From the sequence record OQ992562.1: a stretch of 64,000 nt of DNA; one strand, written 5' to 3'. The position numbers were made by a program, and so were the translations under genes. Shown one piece after another: positions 44,253 through 54,295 of this stretch (position 1 is the first letter of the stretch; every line of letters begins with the position of its first letter). Below the pieces are notes generated by a model. It saw only the letters and a list, made by a program, of their open reading frames with translations, did no database searches and had not been told where the DNA came from.

Positions 44253-46541
44253 TTAAAGAGTGCACGAACCGCCTGCACACCCAACTTCAGTATTAGTTAC
44301 CTCAACAGCACGTTCAAGTGATTTAATATCAAGTCCTGCTGCTGTTTCTAGATTTACATAATACCGGGTTTTCATTCCACGTTTCACCATGTAGAAGTGA
44401 TTACCTAGCATTTCATTAGAAGAGATCTTTTCAGAACCTACAATGCGTCGGTAGAGGTCCGCACTGATTGTTTGATCAGTCCACTTTTGAATAATGGCAT
44501 AGCAATCAATAAGATCTTTAGTGGGGATATCATAAGCTGATTCATACACATAGGAGTCATCATCTCCATATGGAGCAGCCCATAGCACACGTGCACCATT
44601 ATCAGTCTTATTAAGAATTAGGCGACGTACCGGGTATGGACCATTAGTTGACCCTAGTGCCTTAGATGATGCTTCACCAGGCATGTATGCAGCTAGTACG
44701 GAGTGTGCAATACCACCATTCTCCTTAATTTCTTTCTCTAGCTCATCCCATGGATAAAGTTCTTCAAAGCCGCCTTCAATGATAGTATCCACTGACTTAT
44801 TATAAGTCTTACGTGGAGTCCATCCCTCTGGCCATTTAGTCTTATGAATCCAAGGCGCATTCCCGCGTTCTTTAGAAATCTTAAGTGACGCCTTGATAAG
44901 GAAGTACATATGCCGTTCAGCAATGAAGTGGATTTCAGCTTTACCAGCATCGCTGCTATATTTAAGGCCAGCACGTGCCATATGTGTGGCTAGACCCATG
45001 ATACCAACACCAGCACTCATTCGATTCTTAGCGGTTAGTGCAAGGTGTGGGAAAGCATACTCTGCATTAAGGATACAATAGTCAATCATCTTAAGTGCGT
45101 AGTAAGCCGCCATTTCATAAGTTTGCTTATCAGGAACGTTATCCACTGCAATAGCAGCCAGTGAACAAGTAGCAATCTCACCGCGCCCGTGATCCTCACT
45201 AGAATAAAGATCTTCCATTCGATAGTAAGGCTTAGTGGGTTCTGCGATTTCAAGGCATAGGTTAGAACTGTAAATAGGTTCTTTAAATGGTGTATGATGA
45301 TTGAGTTCATCAATTTGAGCTGAATAGATGGTTCCAGTCTCATATGCTTCAACTAGCATTGATTTGAGAAGATCCCGAGCATTTACATAAGTTTTCTCAA
45401 ATTTAGGATCCGCTTCATATTTTTCATAAAGCTTAATAAACTTATCAATATCACCACTATAGAAAGCATCATGTAGATCTGGAGCAGTAAATGGATTGAA
45501 TACAAAGATCATGCCATCTTTCTGAGCCGCTTTCTTAGCAAAGAACTTATTACTTAGGAATGCATAGTGAAGATCACGGTTCTTCCTATCCTCAGTAGAA
45601 CGTGGATTACGTAGCTGAGTAATCATATCTGCTTCAGGATCGAAAGCACTGTAGTAACACGTAACAGCACCACCTCGACCATTTTGTAGGTTAGCCTTTA
45701 CTGCTTTACCCATTACATCGATGTATGGTTTCTTACCTTGGTGAATGATTAGGCCATTACGGATAGGATCACCAATTGACCTAGTCATTAAGTTAACACC
45801 AATGCCTGCTGATGATTGGGTCATGATGTTAGCAATATAATCGCCCATTGCCAGTGATACACCATTATCACCAGAAGCAAATAGGCAACATGATGCAAAA
45901 CCACGAAGCTTAGTACCTAGGTTAACATAATTAGGTGTTGGAGCGCTAAGAATCTTATTAGATAATAGTTTATAGAAATTCTCAACATGAGTCATGCGGG
46001 TTTCAACTGGTTCTTTCTCAGCTAATGCCATTGCCATACGCATGTACACAAATTGTGCAGTTTCATATTCTTGACCAGTTTTACGATTACGTAGAGCATA
46101 CTTTCCACGAATGTGATGAAGTGAAAAATGCGGACAAAGTAGGTCAAGATCGTGATCAATGATCTTTTCAATCTGAGCGTATTCTTTACTACTATAATCT
46201 AATTTAACAATGATACCATCTTTACGCATCCTGGTTTGAAGCGCTTTAACAGTTGGGATGCCATTTAGACCATAGAACTTCTTACGAAGATAAATCGCAT
46301 ATAGTCTACCAGCCATCAGGTAATATGACCAGGTCTTGCGATTTAGACATTCTTCAATAAGTTGTAATTGTAGTTCTTGTGATGAAGTTTTATCACCAAG
46401 AGCTTGAACAGCATCCATTACAACACTGCTCCAATCTACCTTATCACCAAGATGTTGGGCTGCCCATTCACCCCAACCATTGATCTTAGCAGGTGAGTAT
46501 GCTTCTTCAGTACCGTCTAGTTTAATGATAGTTTTTAACAT
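44253..46541 (-). CDS. nrdA: ribonucleotide reductase class Ia alpha subunit
   Basis: ATP cone (IIKLDGTEEAY), APTP, SCCL, QNG-RGG, SSNLCLEI, AYMPGEASS, KTRYY, C-terminal CAGGSCTL; start moved to ATG 46541. Confidence 0.97.
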   Translation of the reverse strand: MLKTIIKLDGTEEAYSPAKINGWGEWAAQHLGDKVDWSSVVMDAVQALGDKTSSQELQLQLIEECLNRKTWSYYLMAGRLYAIYLRKKFYGLNGIPTVKALQTRMRKDGIIVKLDYSSKEYAQIEKIIDHDLDLLCPHFSLHHIRGKYALRNRKTGQEYETAQFVYMRMAMALAEKEPVETRMTHVENFYKLLSNKILSAPTPNYVNLGTKLRGFASCCLFASGDNGVSLAMGDYIANIMTQSSAGIGVNLMTRSIGDPIRNGLIIHQGKKPYIDVMGKAVKANLQNGRGGAVTCYYSAFDPEADMITQLRNPRSTEDRKNRDLHYAFLSNKFFAKKAAQKDGMIFVFNPFTAPDLHDAFYSGDIDKFIKLYEKYEADPKFEKTYVNARDLLKSMLVEAYETGTIYSAQIDELNHHTPFKEPIYSSNLCLEIAEPTKPYYRMEDLYSSEDHGRGEIATCSLAAIAVDNVPDKQTYEMAAYYALKMIDYCILNAEYAFPHLALTAKNRMSAGVGIMGLATHMARAGLKYSSDAGKAEIHFIAERHMYFLIKASLKISKERGNAPWIHKTKWPEGWTPRKTYNKSVDTIIEGGFEELYPWDELEKEIKENGGIAHSVLAAYMPGEASSKALGSTNGPYPVRRLILNKTDNGARVLWAAPYGDDDSYVYESAYDIPTKDLIDCYAIIQKWTDQTISADLYRRIVGSEKISSNEMLGNHFYMVKRGMKTRYYVNLETAAGLDIKSLERAVEVTNTEVGCAGGSCTL

Positions 46542-46885
46542 TGTTAATTTCCAATTGTGAGTCGTAAGTTCATGTGAAAAAGTATTCAACATATCTTTAG
46601 ATCAACTTAGTATTTTTACGACCCATTTTAAATGAATTTAGTTGATCTATTGTAAAAGCATACTATGGTACATTGGATATCTTTATCTTAAAAATCCTTG
46701 TAGCCTTAGTGTCTTAAGGGTTACAGCCATATAGTCCAATATCGTTCTACCACGCTATTTAAGAGCTTTAAACAATAACCCGCTATGTACCCTTAGGTTT
46801 TATTTTATCCGCAATATAGCTTAAAATAGAAATATACCTAAGTGCTTTTTACTATACTACTATTATTTATCGGAGTTAATTAAGA

Positions 46886-47275
46886 ATGTCTTTTTATCTA
46901 CCGAGATACACCGATCCAATTGAAGCAATCGAATGGAAAAAGAACGGTGATATACCTGGTGATGGCGTTATCAACAATATCAATCAAGGTGCTATTGTTG
47001 GTTATGTCATACCTACTAAAGAGTCTACTCTTAGTAATACGATTTGTCCATTATGTAATCTAACTGAATCTAGTCATGGTATTTTACGTGTGGGTTCAGA
47101 TAAAGATAAAATTGTCTGTCCGGGTGATTTTATTATTTTAATTCGTAAAAATAATGGGCGTATATTAGATTACAAATTAATGCGTCAACGTGAATTTAAT
47201 AAACTTTATCAACTGGTAACAAAAGAGGAAGCTAAACAATGGGTAATGATGTTGGATCCAGAAAAGAAGGACTAA
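46886..47275 (+). CDS. conserved phage protein with CxxC...H motif
   Basis: IEAIEW...CPLC...HG...PGDFII pattern common in phage hypotheticals. Confidence 0.75.
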   Translation: MSFYLPRYTDPIEAIEWKKNGDIPGDGVINNINQGAIVGYVIPTKESTLSNTICPLCNLTESSHGILRVGSDKDKIVCPGDFIILIRKNNGRILDYKLMRQREFNKLYQLVTKEEAKQWVMMLDPEKKD

Positions 47276-47823
47276 AGTTATATGAAGCTTTAGTTGAGGA
47301 TATAATCATCACCAATGATCTTGGTACTGGTCTTCGACCATCTCTTAATATAACCACTAATGATGGTGTAACTAGGAATGTTACATTTGATCAACTTGAG
47401 AATTTTATTAAAGTTATAAAAGCCACGCATGATACGCAAACTGTTGGCACTCCATTACAATGGTGTATTTACAGGTATGCTCCTAATTTAGTTAAAGCTC
47501 GGTATATTGCAACTAGTTGGAAAATAACTGTAGACCATGTTAAAAAGACTTTGAATTTTCAAGGTACTTTAAACCACGAAGGTACTGTAGTTGATCATCC
47601 TAACTATGATCCAGATATTACCGCAAGAGAACTAATGTTCGATGAAACTATTACTGATTTTAGTCGATTTGAACAAATTGCTCTGTCTGGAAATATCGCT
47701 AACTTTAAAGAAGAATTCAAAATGATGAAATATAGTTTTGACTTTAGTTACATTATTGAAGTTAGTAATGGCATGACTAGACTCAAGGAGTTAGCTAATG
47801 ATCAAACTGGATTATCAGATTAA
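47239..47823 (+). CDS. hypothetical protein
   Basis: 194 aa ORF. Confidence 0.75.
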   Translation: MGNDVGSRKEGLKLYEALVEDIIITNDLGTGLRPSLNITTNDGVTRNVTFDQLENFIKVIKATHDTQTVGTPLQWCIYRYAPNLVKARYIATSWKITVDHVKKTLNFQGTLNHEGTVVDHPNYDPDITARELMFDETITDFSRFEQIALSGNIANFKEEFKMMKYSFDFSYIIEVSNGMTRLKELANDQTGLSD

Positions 47824-48304
47824 ATCAGAAGTCAATCATCTATTAAATAGATTATTAGTTAAAAACTTAGATGGCACTGTTTATTTTAGAACAACTATTA
47901 AAGAAGACGATTTAAAAGACTTACCTGTTAATCTGATTAGTCTACAAGTACTTATAAATCTATTGATAGGTTATGAAGGACTAGATATTACAACTAGTAT
48001 TGAGGAATTCACACAACAGATTAGTCTGATTCTTTGGGACATGCCTATACTAGAAAAAGGCGAAGTGGAATACCTCTATATTGAACAAGATATTAAGTTG
48101 AATGAATTAGTTATTAAACATAAAAGACCTGGTGTATTGATTGATGAGAAAGTATATGGTGAATTAACGCTATTACAAATGGCTCAAATTAATTACCTAT
48201 TAGCGTCTACATTTAAGTTTAAAACTAATTTCACTTGCTGTAGTTGGGCTATTGAATTTAAAGATAATGAAGTATCTTGTAAATTCTGGCCTAAGGAAAA
48301 TTAA
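47798..48304 (+). CDS. hypothetical protein
   Basis: 168 aa ORF. Confidence 0.75.
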   Translation: MIKLDYQIKSEVNHLLNRLLVKNLDGTVYFRTTIKEDDLKDLPVNLISLQVLINLLIGYEGLDITTSIEEFTQQISLILWDMPILEKGEVEYLYIEQDIKLNELVIKHKRPGVLIDEKVYGELTLLQMAQINYLLASTFKFKTNFTCCSWAIEFKDNEVSCKFWPKEN

Positions 48305-48825
48305 TGGCTATTAAATTAATCGTTGCCCATGACCTAAATGGTGTCATTGGATATAATAATCTATTACCTTGGCATATACCTGAGGATTTAGCTTTCTTTA
48401 AAGAAATGACAACTGGTTGCTGTGTTATCATGGGTAAAAATACTTTCTTATCCTTAGGTAGTAAACCGTTACCTAATCGTAATAACATTGTTGTATCATC
48501 AAGTTTATATCGTAACGGTAATTATCCAGTAGCCTATGATAATAAATTAGGTGTACTCCCTAATCTAAGTGCAGCTATTGTTTATGCCACTCATTTCAAT
48601 AAAGAAACTGGAAAGGATGTATGGATCATTGGCGGTTCTCAACTTTATAAAGAAGTCATTGAAAAGGATATTTTAGACGAAATGTACATTACTACTGTCA
48701 AGATGGAAATAGATAATAGTAGTTGTGTTTATTTCCCTAAAGAAATCATTAAATGGGATAAATGGAAATCAACCATTATTAAAGAAACTGACCTATGTAC
48801 ATATACCCATTGGATTAAAACATAA
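48304..48825 (+). CDS. folA: dihydrofolate reductase
   Basis: LIVAHDLNGVIG, LPWHIPEDLAFFK, VIMGKNTF, PLPNRNNIVVS, WIIGGSQLY. Confidence 0.97.
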   Translation: MAIKLIVAHDLNGVIGYNNLLPWHIPEDLAFFKEMTTGCCVIMGKNTFLSLGSKPLPNRNNIVVSSSLYRNGNYPVAYDNKLGVLPNLSAAIVYATHFNKETGKDVWIIGGSQLYKEVIEKDILDEMYITTVKMEIDNSSCVYFPKEIIKWDKWKSTIIKETDLCTYTHWIKT

Positions 48826-48829
48826 TAAT

Positions 48830-48889
48830 AGCCTTCCCCAGGGGAAGGCTTTATGTCATGTATTCAAACATATTTAAACAGTATATTAC
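48830..48889 (+). promoter_or_regulatory. terminator hairpin plus early promoter (TATATTAC 48882-48889)
   Basis: agccttccc/gggaaggct then tattcaaacatatttaaacagTATATTAC. Confidence 0.8.
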
Positions 48890-48931
48890 AAAGGTGAATT
48901 AAATATAGATTATTCTATTTATTATTGAGGA

Positions 48932-49345
48932 GTGCAGTCCATGAAAAACTCTAAGAAAACAACTTATAATGCAATCGATCTAAGTAAATTAAGTAAAGAT
49001 ATGTTCAGTGGTGGTAGAACCTGGGCAGCGGTTGAGTTTGCAATAAATTGTGCAAATGAGTTAATGGAGTTAAATAGTAAAGGAAATACTATTTTATTTG
49101 ATGACGATATTGTCGACAAAGTTGAATTTGAACTTAAGATCTATGATTGGTGTGATGCACCACATGGCTGTTATCTTTATAGATCTTTATGGAAGAATAC
49201 TCAGGAAATTGTCTTTGGTGATAATGTAAATAAAGATGGAAGACTTGTATTGACTAAAGAAGAAGTACGTGAATACTTTTCAAGATTCAAAATTTTCCGT
49301 AGTGTCATGTACTTATCCAACAGTATTAAAAAGTTAAAAGGGTAA
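48932..49345 (+). CDS. hypothetical protein
   Basis: GAGGAG RBS; start GTG 48932 or ATG 48941. Confidence 0.75.
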   Translation: MQSMKNSKKTTYNAIDLSKLSKDMFSGGRTWAAVEFAINCANELMELNSKGNTILFDDDIVDKVEFELKIYDWCDAPHGCYLYRSLWKNTQEIVFGDNVNKDGRLVLTKEEVREYFSRFKIFRSVMYLSNSIKKLKG

Positions 49346-49376
49346 CCCTCCCCTACCGATAATACATTCAAACCAT

Positions 49377-49429
49377 TTTAAACAGTATATTACTAACTTG
49401 ATATTTAACCTTCAATTAATGTAAAAAGG
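49377..49429 (+). repeat. 53 bp promoter-leader-RBS repeat, copy 1 (TATATTAC 49386-49393)
   Basis: Identical to 51228-51280. Confidence 0.9.
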
Positions 49430-49439
49430 AATCTATACC

Positions 49440-49955
49440 ATGTTCGAAATTAAATTTTCTAAAAAAGAACAATTCCCTGGCCGTGGTCACTGCATCGAAC
49501 TTTATGGTGATTATGTCACCGAGCGTGTATGGCATGCAGTGAAACAAATGGTTGAATGTAACATTACCAATCACGAGTTTTATAAGGCAAAAGAAGGTTT
49601 CTGTGTATTCTTCCAAGGTGGGCATGATAACCCTCATGGGAAATGGATCCTTCTGGAATTCTGGGTAGACGACATCGAGAAGACTCGTGAGTTCGTTCGT
49701 CTCTTGACCATCACTATTAATCGAGTATTGACGGAGCGTTTTACTCAAATCTGCGTTAACCCTAATCAAATGGGTTATGCAGATGGGGCAGGTGCATATA
49801 CTGTACTTGGCGAAATCCATAAAGAAACTGGATGTCGTGTTAATTGGGGTAGTCCGACTACACCCATTACCTTCTATCCAGAAAATAACTTGGAACATCG
49901 TAAAGTACTCGACTTGTGTGAAACCTTCGAACTCCCAGTAACTAAATGGGTATAA
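49440..49955 (+). CDS. hypothetical protein
   Basis: 171 aa ORF behind early promoter. Confidence 0.8.
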   Translation: MFEIKFSKKEQFPGRGHCIELYGDYVTERVWHAVKQMVECNITNHEFYKAKEGFCVFFQGGHDNPHGKWILLEFWVDDIEKTREFVRLLTITINRVLTERFTQICVNPNQMGYADGAGAYTVLGEIHKETGCRVNWGSPTTPITFYPENNLEHRKVLDLCETFELPVTKWV

Positions 49956-49972
49956 TTAGAGGATAAAGTACC

Positions 49973-50209
49973 ATGTACATCGTTATCCACAGAGACGAGT
50001 CTGAAAGACATGAATTGACTGTAGGTGATCCTAAAGATCTTATCGCGATCTTAGTCATTCTGGAGAATAGTGATAAAGTCATTGAATATAAGGTTATCGA
50101 TTCGGATGTTGGTGTAATCAAGGACTTTAGATACTCATTTGGTTGGGGTAACGGGTTCTTCACTAAAAATGCAAAAGATAATTTTAACTGGAATCAATCG
50201 AGGAAATAA
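49973..50209 (+). CDS. hypothetical protein
   Basis: 78 aa, GAGGA RBS. Confidence 0.7.
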   Translation: MYIVIHRDESERHELTVGDPKDLIAILVILENSDKVIEYKVIDSDVGVIKDFRYSFGWGNGFFTKNAKDNFNWNQSRK

Positions 50210-50211
50210 TA

Positions 50212-50424
50212 ATGGCTAACAGTAAAATCAGTGGCGAAGCTGTAATGAAATATCTACGTTCTCGAAATGACCACGTGGATTTTATGCGAGATAAACTGTC
50301 GGTTTACATTGAAAATGATGAAGTGGTAGTTAAGATTATAGATACTACTTCAGGTGGTTCTGCAACACACCACTCAGGTTATGATGTAAACAACTTTGAA
50401 AGAACGTATGGTCAAACTAACTAA
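50212..50424 (+). CDS. hypothetical protein
   Basis: 70 aa, GAGGA RBS; UUCG hairpin 50456-50473 follows. Confidence 0.7.
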   Translation: MANSKISGEAVMKYLRSRNDHVDFMRDKLSVYIENDEVVVKIIDTTSGGSATHHSGYDVNNFERTYGQTN

Positions 50425-50525
50425 ATAAATTAGTAACACTTATTGGCGACATACACCCTCCCTTCGGGGAGGGCTTTATTTTCAATATAGATATATTTTT
50501 TTAATACATTAGTTGGAGTTTAAAA

Positions 50526-50858
50526 ATGTTTAATAAAAATTTTATCAATGGTATTCAAATTTTTGTTGCCGCAACTACTGTTGCTACAACCATTGTTAAG
50601 TTAGTCGAATCATACAACAAATTAAATGAAGAAAAATCGGCTAACGATGTATGTAAGAAAATCCATATGGAAATCCATGAATTAACTAGCCTATTTATCG
50701 AACAAGATATACCTAATGAAGAACGCTGTGTTAGGTTACGTAAAACTGTTGATACATTAGTTAATAAACACTGCTCTAAATTAACTGGCCGGCGGCGACT
50801 CAGGGCTGTTGCAGAAATCACTCGACATGTAGATGACTATTGTCGTCTGTGGAAATAA
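50526..50858 (+). CDS. N-terminally hydrophobic protein
   Basis: GIQIFVAATTVATTIV; GGAG RBS. Confidence 0.7.
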   Translation: MFNKNFINGIQIFVAATTVATTIVKLVESYNKLNEEKSANDVCKKIHMEIHELTSLFIEQDIPNEERCVRLRKTVDTLVNKHCSKLTGRRRLRAVAEITRHVDDYCRLWK

Positions 50859-50939
50859 AATAATACATTCAAATCATTTTAACCAGTATATCACAAAAGT
50901 GTAATTAAACCTATTAAATCAGTAAAAAGGAATCAAACT

Positions 50940-51200
50940 ATGACAACTTTCCTGACTTTTAAATCTGACGAAGACTTGGAGAAAGAAGCAATCCGTCGTG
51001 CACGTGCTATCATGGGTTTCCGTGGTAACCGTGATGCAGCTACTCGTCAGGTATGCATCAATCCTGTACGAGGTAAGGATTACCGTAACTGGTTATCCCA
51101 TAGCGCTACCTGGAAAGATGGTAACATTGTTGTTGATGAAGATAGTCTCATTGAGCTAGCCCGTGCCATCATTGATGAGACCTACCTGCACGATATGTAA
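50940..51200 (+). CDS. hypothetical early protein
   Basis: 86 aa; TATATCAC promoter variant at 50887-50894; AAGGA RBS. Confidence 0.75.
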   Translation: MTTFLTFKSDEDLEKEAIRRARAIMGFRGNRDAATRQVCINPVRGKDYRNWLSHSATWKDGNIVVDEDSLIELARAIIDETYLHDM

Positions 51201-51227
51201 TAACTACTACTCCCTTATTCAAACATA

Positions 51228-51280
51228 TTTAAACAGTATATTACTAACTTGATATTTAACCTTCAATTAATGTAAAAAGG
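51228..51280 (+). repeat. 53 bp promoter-leader-RBS repeat, copy 2 (TATATTAC 51237-51244)
   Basis: Identical to 49377-49429. Confidence 0.9.
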
Positions 51281-51290
51281 GACTTTAAAA

Positions 51291-51440
51291 ATGAAAGCAT
51301 TCGCACTAGTGGTTATTGGTTTGACTTTTGGTGGACTGTTTGTAAACGCTAAGTTTGAAGAGCAAACTATTTCTAATGAAACTGTTATCCTCGGTCATCG
51401 TATCGGTCCCAATGGTCAAGAAATGCTCGTAACTAAATAG
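51291..51440 (+). CDS. 49 aa exported or single-TM microprotein
   Basis: Read manually: MKAFALVVIGLTFGGLFVNAKFEEQTISNETVILGHRIGPNGQEMLVTK. Confidence 0.65.
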   Translation: MKAFALVVIGLTFGGLFVNAKFEEQTISNETVILGHRIGPNGQEMLVTK

Positions 51441-51450
51441 AGAAATAAAA

Positions 51451-51792
51451 ATGGAAAAGTCCGTAGCAGTTAAAGTAATCGACAACATGTGCCGTCCGAA
51501 TATCGTTGCTCGCATGAATGGTAAACTGGTCTACCATGCTCGTAATGTAAAAATAGTAGAAGGTAAGGATCTATGGCCGAACCGCACTGACGTAGATGAT
51601 GTTCGTGTACTGGTCGGTGAAGCCTTCCGTAACGGTGAATGGGTACCCATGCGCAGTTCTAGCCTGGTTAACGTAGATGCTGTTACCGGTGTATACGAAA
51701 CCCTCAACTCTGTTTACATTGCTCCGGATCTTCTGGGAAGTCTCTCGGTGGGTCCTGATATCTTCAATGATGATGCAACTTTGAAAGGATAA
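51451..51792 (+). CDS. hypothetical protein
   Basis: 113 aa, GC-richer codon usage. Confidence 0.8.
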   Translation: MEKSVAVKVIDNMCRPNIVARMNGKLVYHARNVKIVEGKDLWPNRTDVDDVRVLVGEAFRNGEWVPMRSSSLVNVDAVTGVYETLNSVYIAPDLLGSLSVGPDIFNDDATLKG

Positions 51793-51797
51793 TCAAT

Positions 51798-52190
51798 ATG
51801 AACTTCATCAAAGAAAACGCACTTGGTCTTATTGCACTGGCAGTTGGCGCAACAGCCGTTGCTGCCATCCTCGCGGTCAAAGCTACCGTAAAGGAAGACG
51901 GCCAGGCTGTAGCCGAACAGATCGAAAGCAGTATCTCTGATATTCTTATCGATAAGATCTCCACCTACCGCAACAGCGAACAACATCGCAAGCTGGTAAG
52001 TCGTATTCGTCGTGATCGAAATATCACAACGGAAGAGTTCATCAGCCGTATCCAGTTGGATATCGCCATGAACGTCCTGCCGGAAGTAGAAGTACTTCTG
52101 GAATCGCATCGTGACCAGGTAACCGAAGAAGAATTCGAACGCCTGGTAGCCAACCTTCAACACTTCGTACAACGGATCATTGCCAAATGA
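51798..52190 (+). CDS. membrane-anchored protein
   Basis: ALGLIALAVGATAVAAILAV. Confidence 0.8.
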   Translation: MNFIKENALGLIALAVGATAVAAILAVKATVKEDGQAVAEQIESSISDILIDKISTYRNSEQHRKLVSRIRRDRNITTEEFISRIQLDIAMNVLPEVEVLLESHRDQVTEEEFERLVANLQHFVQRIIAK

Positions 52191-52363
52191 AAGTAAAGAT
52201 CGGAATGGGATTCATTGCAGTACTGATGGGTATCGCTGCCGCAGGTGGTGAGTTCTATTACGATCTCACTAAACCTGAGGGCAATGTATCTAAAGAGTGG
52301 TGCCAACACCCGGCTAAGCCGAAATGCACCATGTACGCATTCAACGTCAAAGAGGACAAGTAA
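52187..52363 (+). CDS. 58 aa membrane microprotein with two Cys
   Basis: Read manually: MKVKIGMGFIAVLMGIAAAGGEFYYDLTKPEGNVSKEWCQHPAKPKCTMYAFNVKEDK; ATGA and TAAATG coupling at both ends. Confidence 0.7.
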   Translation: MKVKIGMGFIAVLMGIAAAGGEFYYDLTKPEGNVSKEWCQHPAKPKCTMYAFNVKEDK

Positions 52364-52966
52364 ATGGAACAGCGTCTCCTGAAAGCTTTCAAGAACATGG
52401 ATCCCGTGTTCACGCAGAAACAGCACAACGAGTTGATCGATCGACGCGGTGCCGACATGGGTTTGACTGTTAAGGTCGACGCCATGCTACTGTTGATCAA
52501 GAACGACCCGGTCAAGTACAAAGACCTGGAAACCAAGATCATCGAAGACGCCATCGCCTTCATAAAAGGTGAGCGTTCCTCCGATATCGCCCTGGGCCTG
52601 TTCAACAAGATGGTCTATCAGGACGAAGGTCCCGATGCCGTCGGCCTGCTGGAATACGCCAAGGTTTCCGAGTACAAGAACATCCACGTGGATGAGTCCT
52701 GTGCTTGGATCAACGTCTACCGTGACAAGCTGAAGACCTTCATGGTTACATTCATCTCCCAATGTGCCGGTAACGCTATGGTACGTTCGGAACTGAAGAC
52801 TCTTCAACATCAGCGTTACAATATCGCTAAGCAGAACTTCCGCGACATGAACAAACCTGTGCCTGAAGGTACTGTGAAAGAACTGGCCAAAATGTACGGT
52901 AAATCCATCTCGGAAATCCGTCGCATGAAAGCCGAAGGTCGTCTTGGGGAACTGACCCAAGAATAA
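52364..52966 (+). CDS. hypothetical protein with possible C-terminal HTH
   Basis: TVKELAKMYGKSISEIRRMK. Confidence 0.75.
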   Translation: MEQRLLKAFKNMDPVFTQKQHNELIDRRGADMGLTVKVDAMLLLIKNDPVKYKDLETKIIEDAIAFIKGERSSDIALGLFNKMVYQDEGPDAVGLLEYAKVSEYKNIHVDESCAWINVYRDKLKTFMVTFISQCAGNAMVRSELKTLQHQRYNIAKQNFRDMNKPVPEGTVKELAKMYGKSISEIRRMKAEGRLGELTQE

Positions 52967-52971
52967 TAGAT

Positions 52972-53025
52972 GGGTCTCTTCGGAGACCCCATCTCAATGC
53001 GTCTTGAAAAGGATGCATTGAGATG
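52972..53025 (+). promoter_or_regulatory. tandem UUCG and GAAA hairpins in leader of the 370 aa gene
   Basis: gggtctc-ttcg-gagaccc abutting a 16 bp stem (52990-53025) with GAAA loop; no U tract. Confidence 0.6.
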
Positions 53026-53060
53026 TACTCAACCCAATCAATCGTAAAAAGGAAATTACC

Positions 53061-54173
53061 ATGAAACAGTATCGTGAACCCGTAACCCGTCTGACCAAAG
53101 AAAAACTGGAATGGGTTATCAGCCGTCGTAAAGAAAGAAAGGCCGAACAACCTTTCGGTCGTGCCCATTTCCCTGCCGGTACTCGTGCTATCTTCGAATC
53201 CTGCTCCCTTCGTTACCTGGATGAGAATGAACGTGTGTATCCTGGACAGCGCTACGAGACATTCGAAGCTACTGTTCTCGGCGTTGTGGCCAATGGTCAT
53301 AACAGTTATGTCGCTATTCTGGACATGCCCTGTGATCTTACTGAAAGCCGTAACAAGGCAATCAACGTCAGTTGGTGCCGTGGTATTGTATCGCGCGGTG
53401 AAGGTAATTTCACCTGGTTCAAAGAAGAGTCAACCGAGTATGATCGCAATCATGGTTGGAACATCCGTGAGAAACATCCGACTGTTCGTTGGGCAGAAGG
53501 TCCTCGTCCTACTAAAGTACGTAGCCTTACCTGGGCAGAGGAATTCGATTATAACCGCGCAGTAGATCCGGTATACATCGAAATCAACAAACATCACAGT
53601 CAGTACTATATCACTGACATGCGTTCGTTTGTGATGTTCACTCTTCGGGAACATCCTGCTTATGCAAACTCGTTTAAAGATCATCTGCACAAACTGGACA
53701 AGCTAGTCATGGCGCTGTACTCCGATCCGACTATCAAAGCAGCTGAAGTAAAGCTGTCTCGCTACTCTGTTAGCTGGTTGATCAGCAAGAAGAAGTTCCA
53801 TAAAGTCCTGCAACGCCTGCTTCCGTTCTACAAGACTTCTCGTCGTAAGGCGCAAGAAGAAGACGATAAAGCAATTAGCGAGATGTATGAGGCTGAACTG
53901 GACCGTGACCTCAGTGAACAGTATGGTGAGTCTGATGATACCTCGGATGAATCAAGCTATTCATGGAATGACAGCACGCCCCTGGATGATGATGATCTGA
54001 ATGTGTTTGATATGTACGACGACTCGGCATGCTCGCGTGAAATCAGTGATGATGTTCAACCCAAAACTATTGGTGAACTCCTGCGTGAAGCAATGGGGAA
54101 CCCTGAAGAAGAGAAATCCAAATTAGTTATTGGAAGTATGGAAACTCTTTCTAAAGCGGTTATCATCAAATAG
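53061..54173 (+). CDS. 370 aa protein with acidic C-terminal tail; by gene order likely the phiKZ014 (ribosome-associated factor) counterpart
   Basis: Counting genes from DHFR (gp004 in phiKZ) lands here; D/E/S-rich tail; identity inferred from synteny only. Confidence 0.55.
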   Translation: MKQYREPVTRLTKEKLEWVISRRKERKAEQPFGRAHFPAGTRAIFESCSLRYLDENERVYPGQRYETFEATVLGVVANGHNSYVAILDMPCDLTESRNKAINVSWCRGIVSRGEGNFTWFKEESTEYDRNHGWNIREKHPTVRWAEGPRPTKVRSLTWAEEFDYNRAVDPVYIEINKHHSQYYITDMRSFVMFTLREHPAYANSFKDHLHKLDKLVMALYSDPTIKAAEVKLSRYSVSWLISKKKFHKVLQRLLPFYKTSRRKAQEEDDKAISEMYEAELDRDLSEQYGESDDTSDESSYSWNDSTPLDDDDLNVFDMYDDSACSREISDDVQPKTIGELLREAMGNPEEEKSKLVIGSMETLSKAVIIK

Positions 54174-54188
54174 ATTACACGCAATAAT

Positions 54189-54211
54189 GGGAGTCTTCGG
54201 ACTCCCTTTTA
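54189..54211 (+). terminator. intrinsic terminator
   Basis: gggagtc-ttcg-gactccc plus T tract. Confidence 0.85.
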
Positions 54212-54295
54212 TTTTCTACATCGTAATATTTTTTTATTTAGCAATATATTCATAAACTGTAAAATATTCATAAACTGTAAAAAGGAAGATATCTC

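Noticed and set aside
44153-46700. Introns, inteins or homing endonucleases in nrdA, nrdB or terL
   Set aside because: All are uninterrupted ORFs of expected size with no intein or HNH motifs seen
46593-46885. Replication origin or genome terminus in the divergent nrdA / ORF 46886 gap
   Set aside because: AT-rich but no iterons or terminal repeat visible; a divergent promoter region suffices
51714-53300. Long antisense ORFs (51714-52172, 52258-52608, 52487-52960, 52827-53300)
   Set aside because: Shadow frames of GC-richer + strand genes; no RBS and fully overlapping well-supported CDSs
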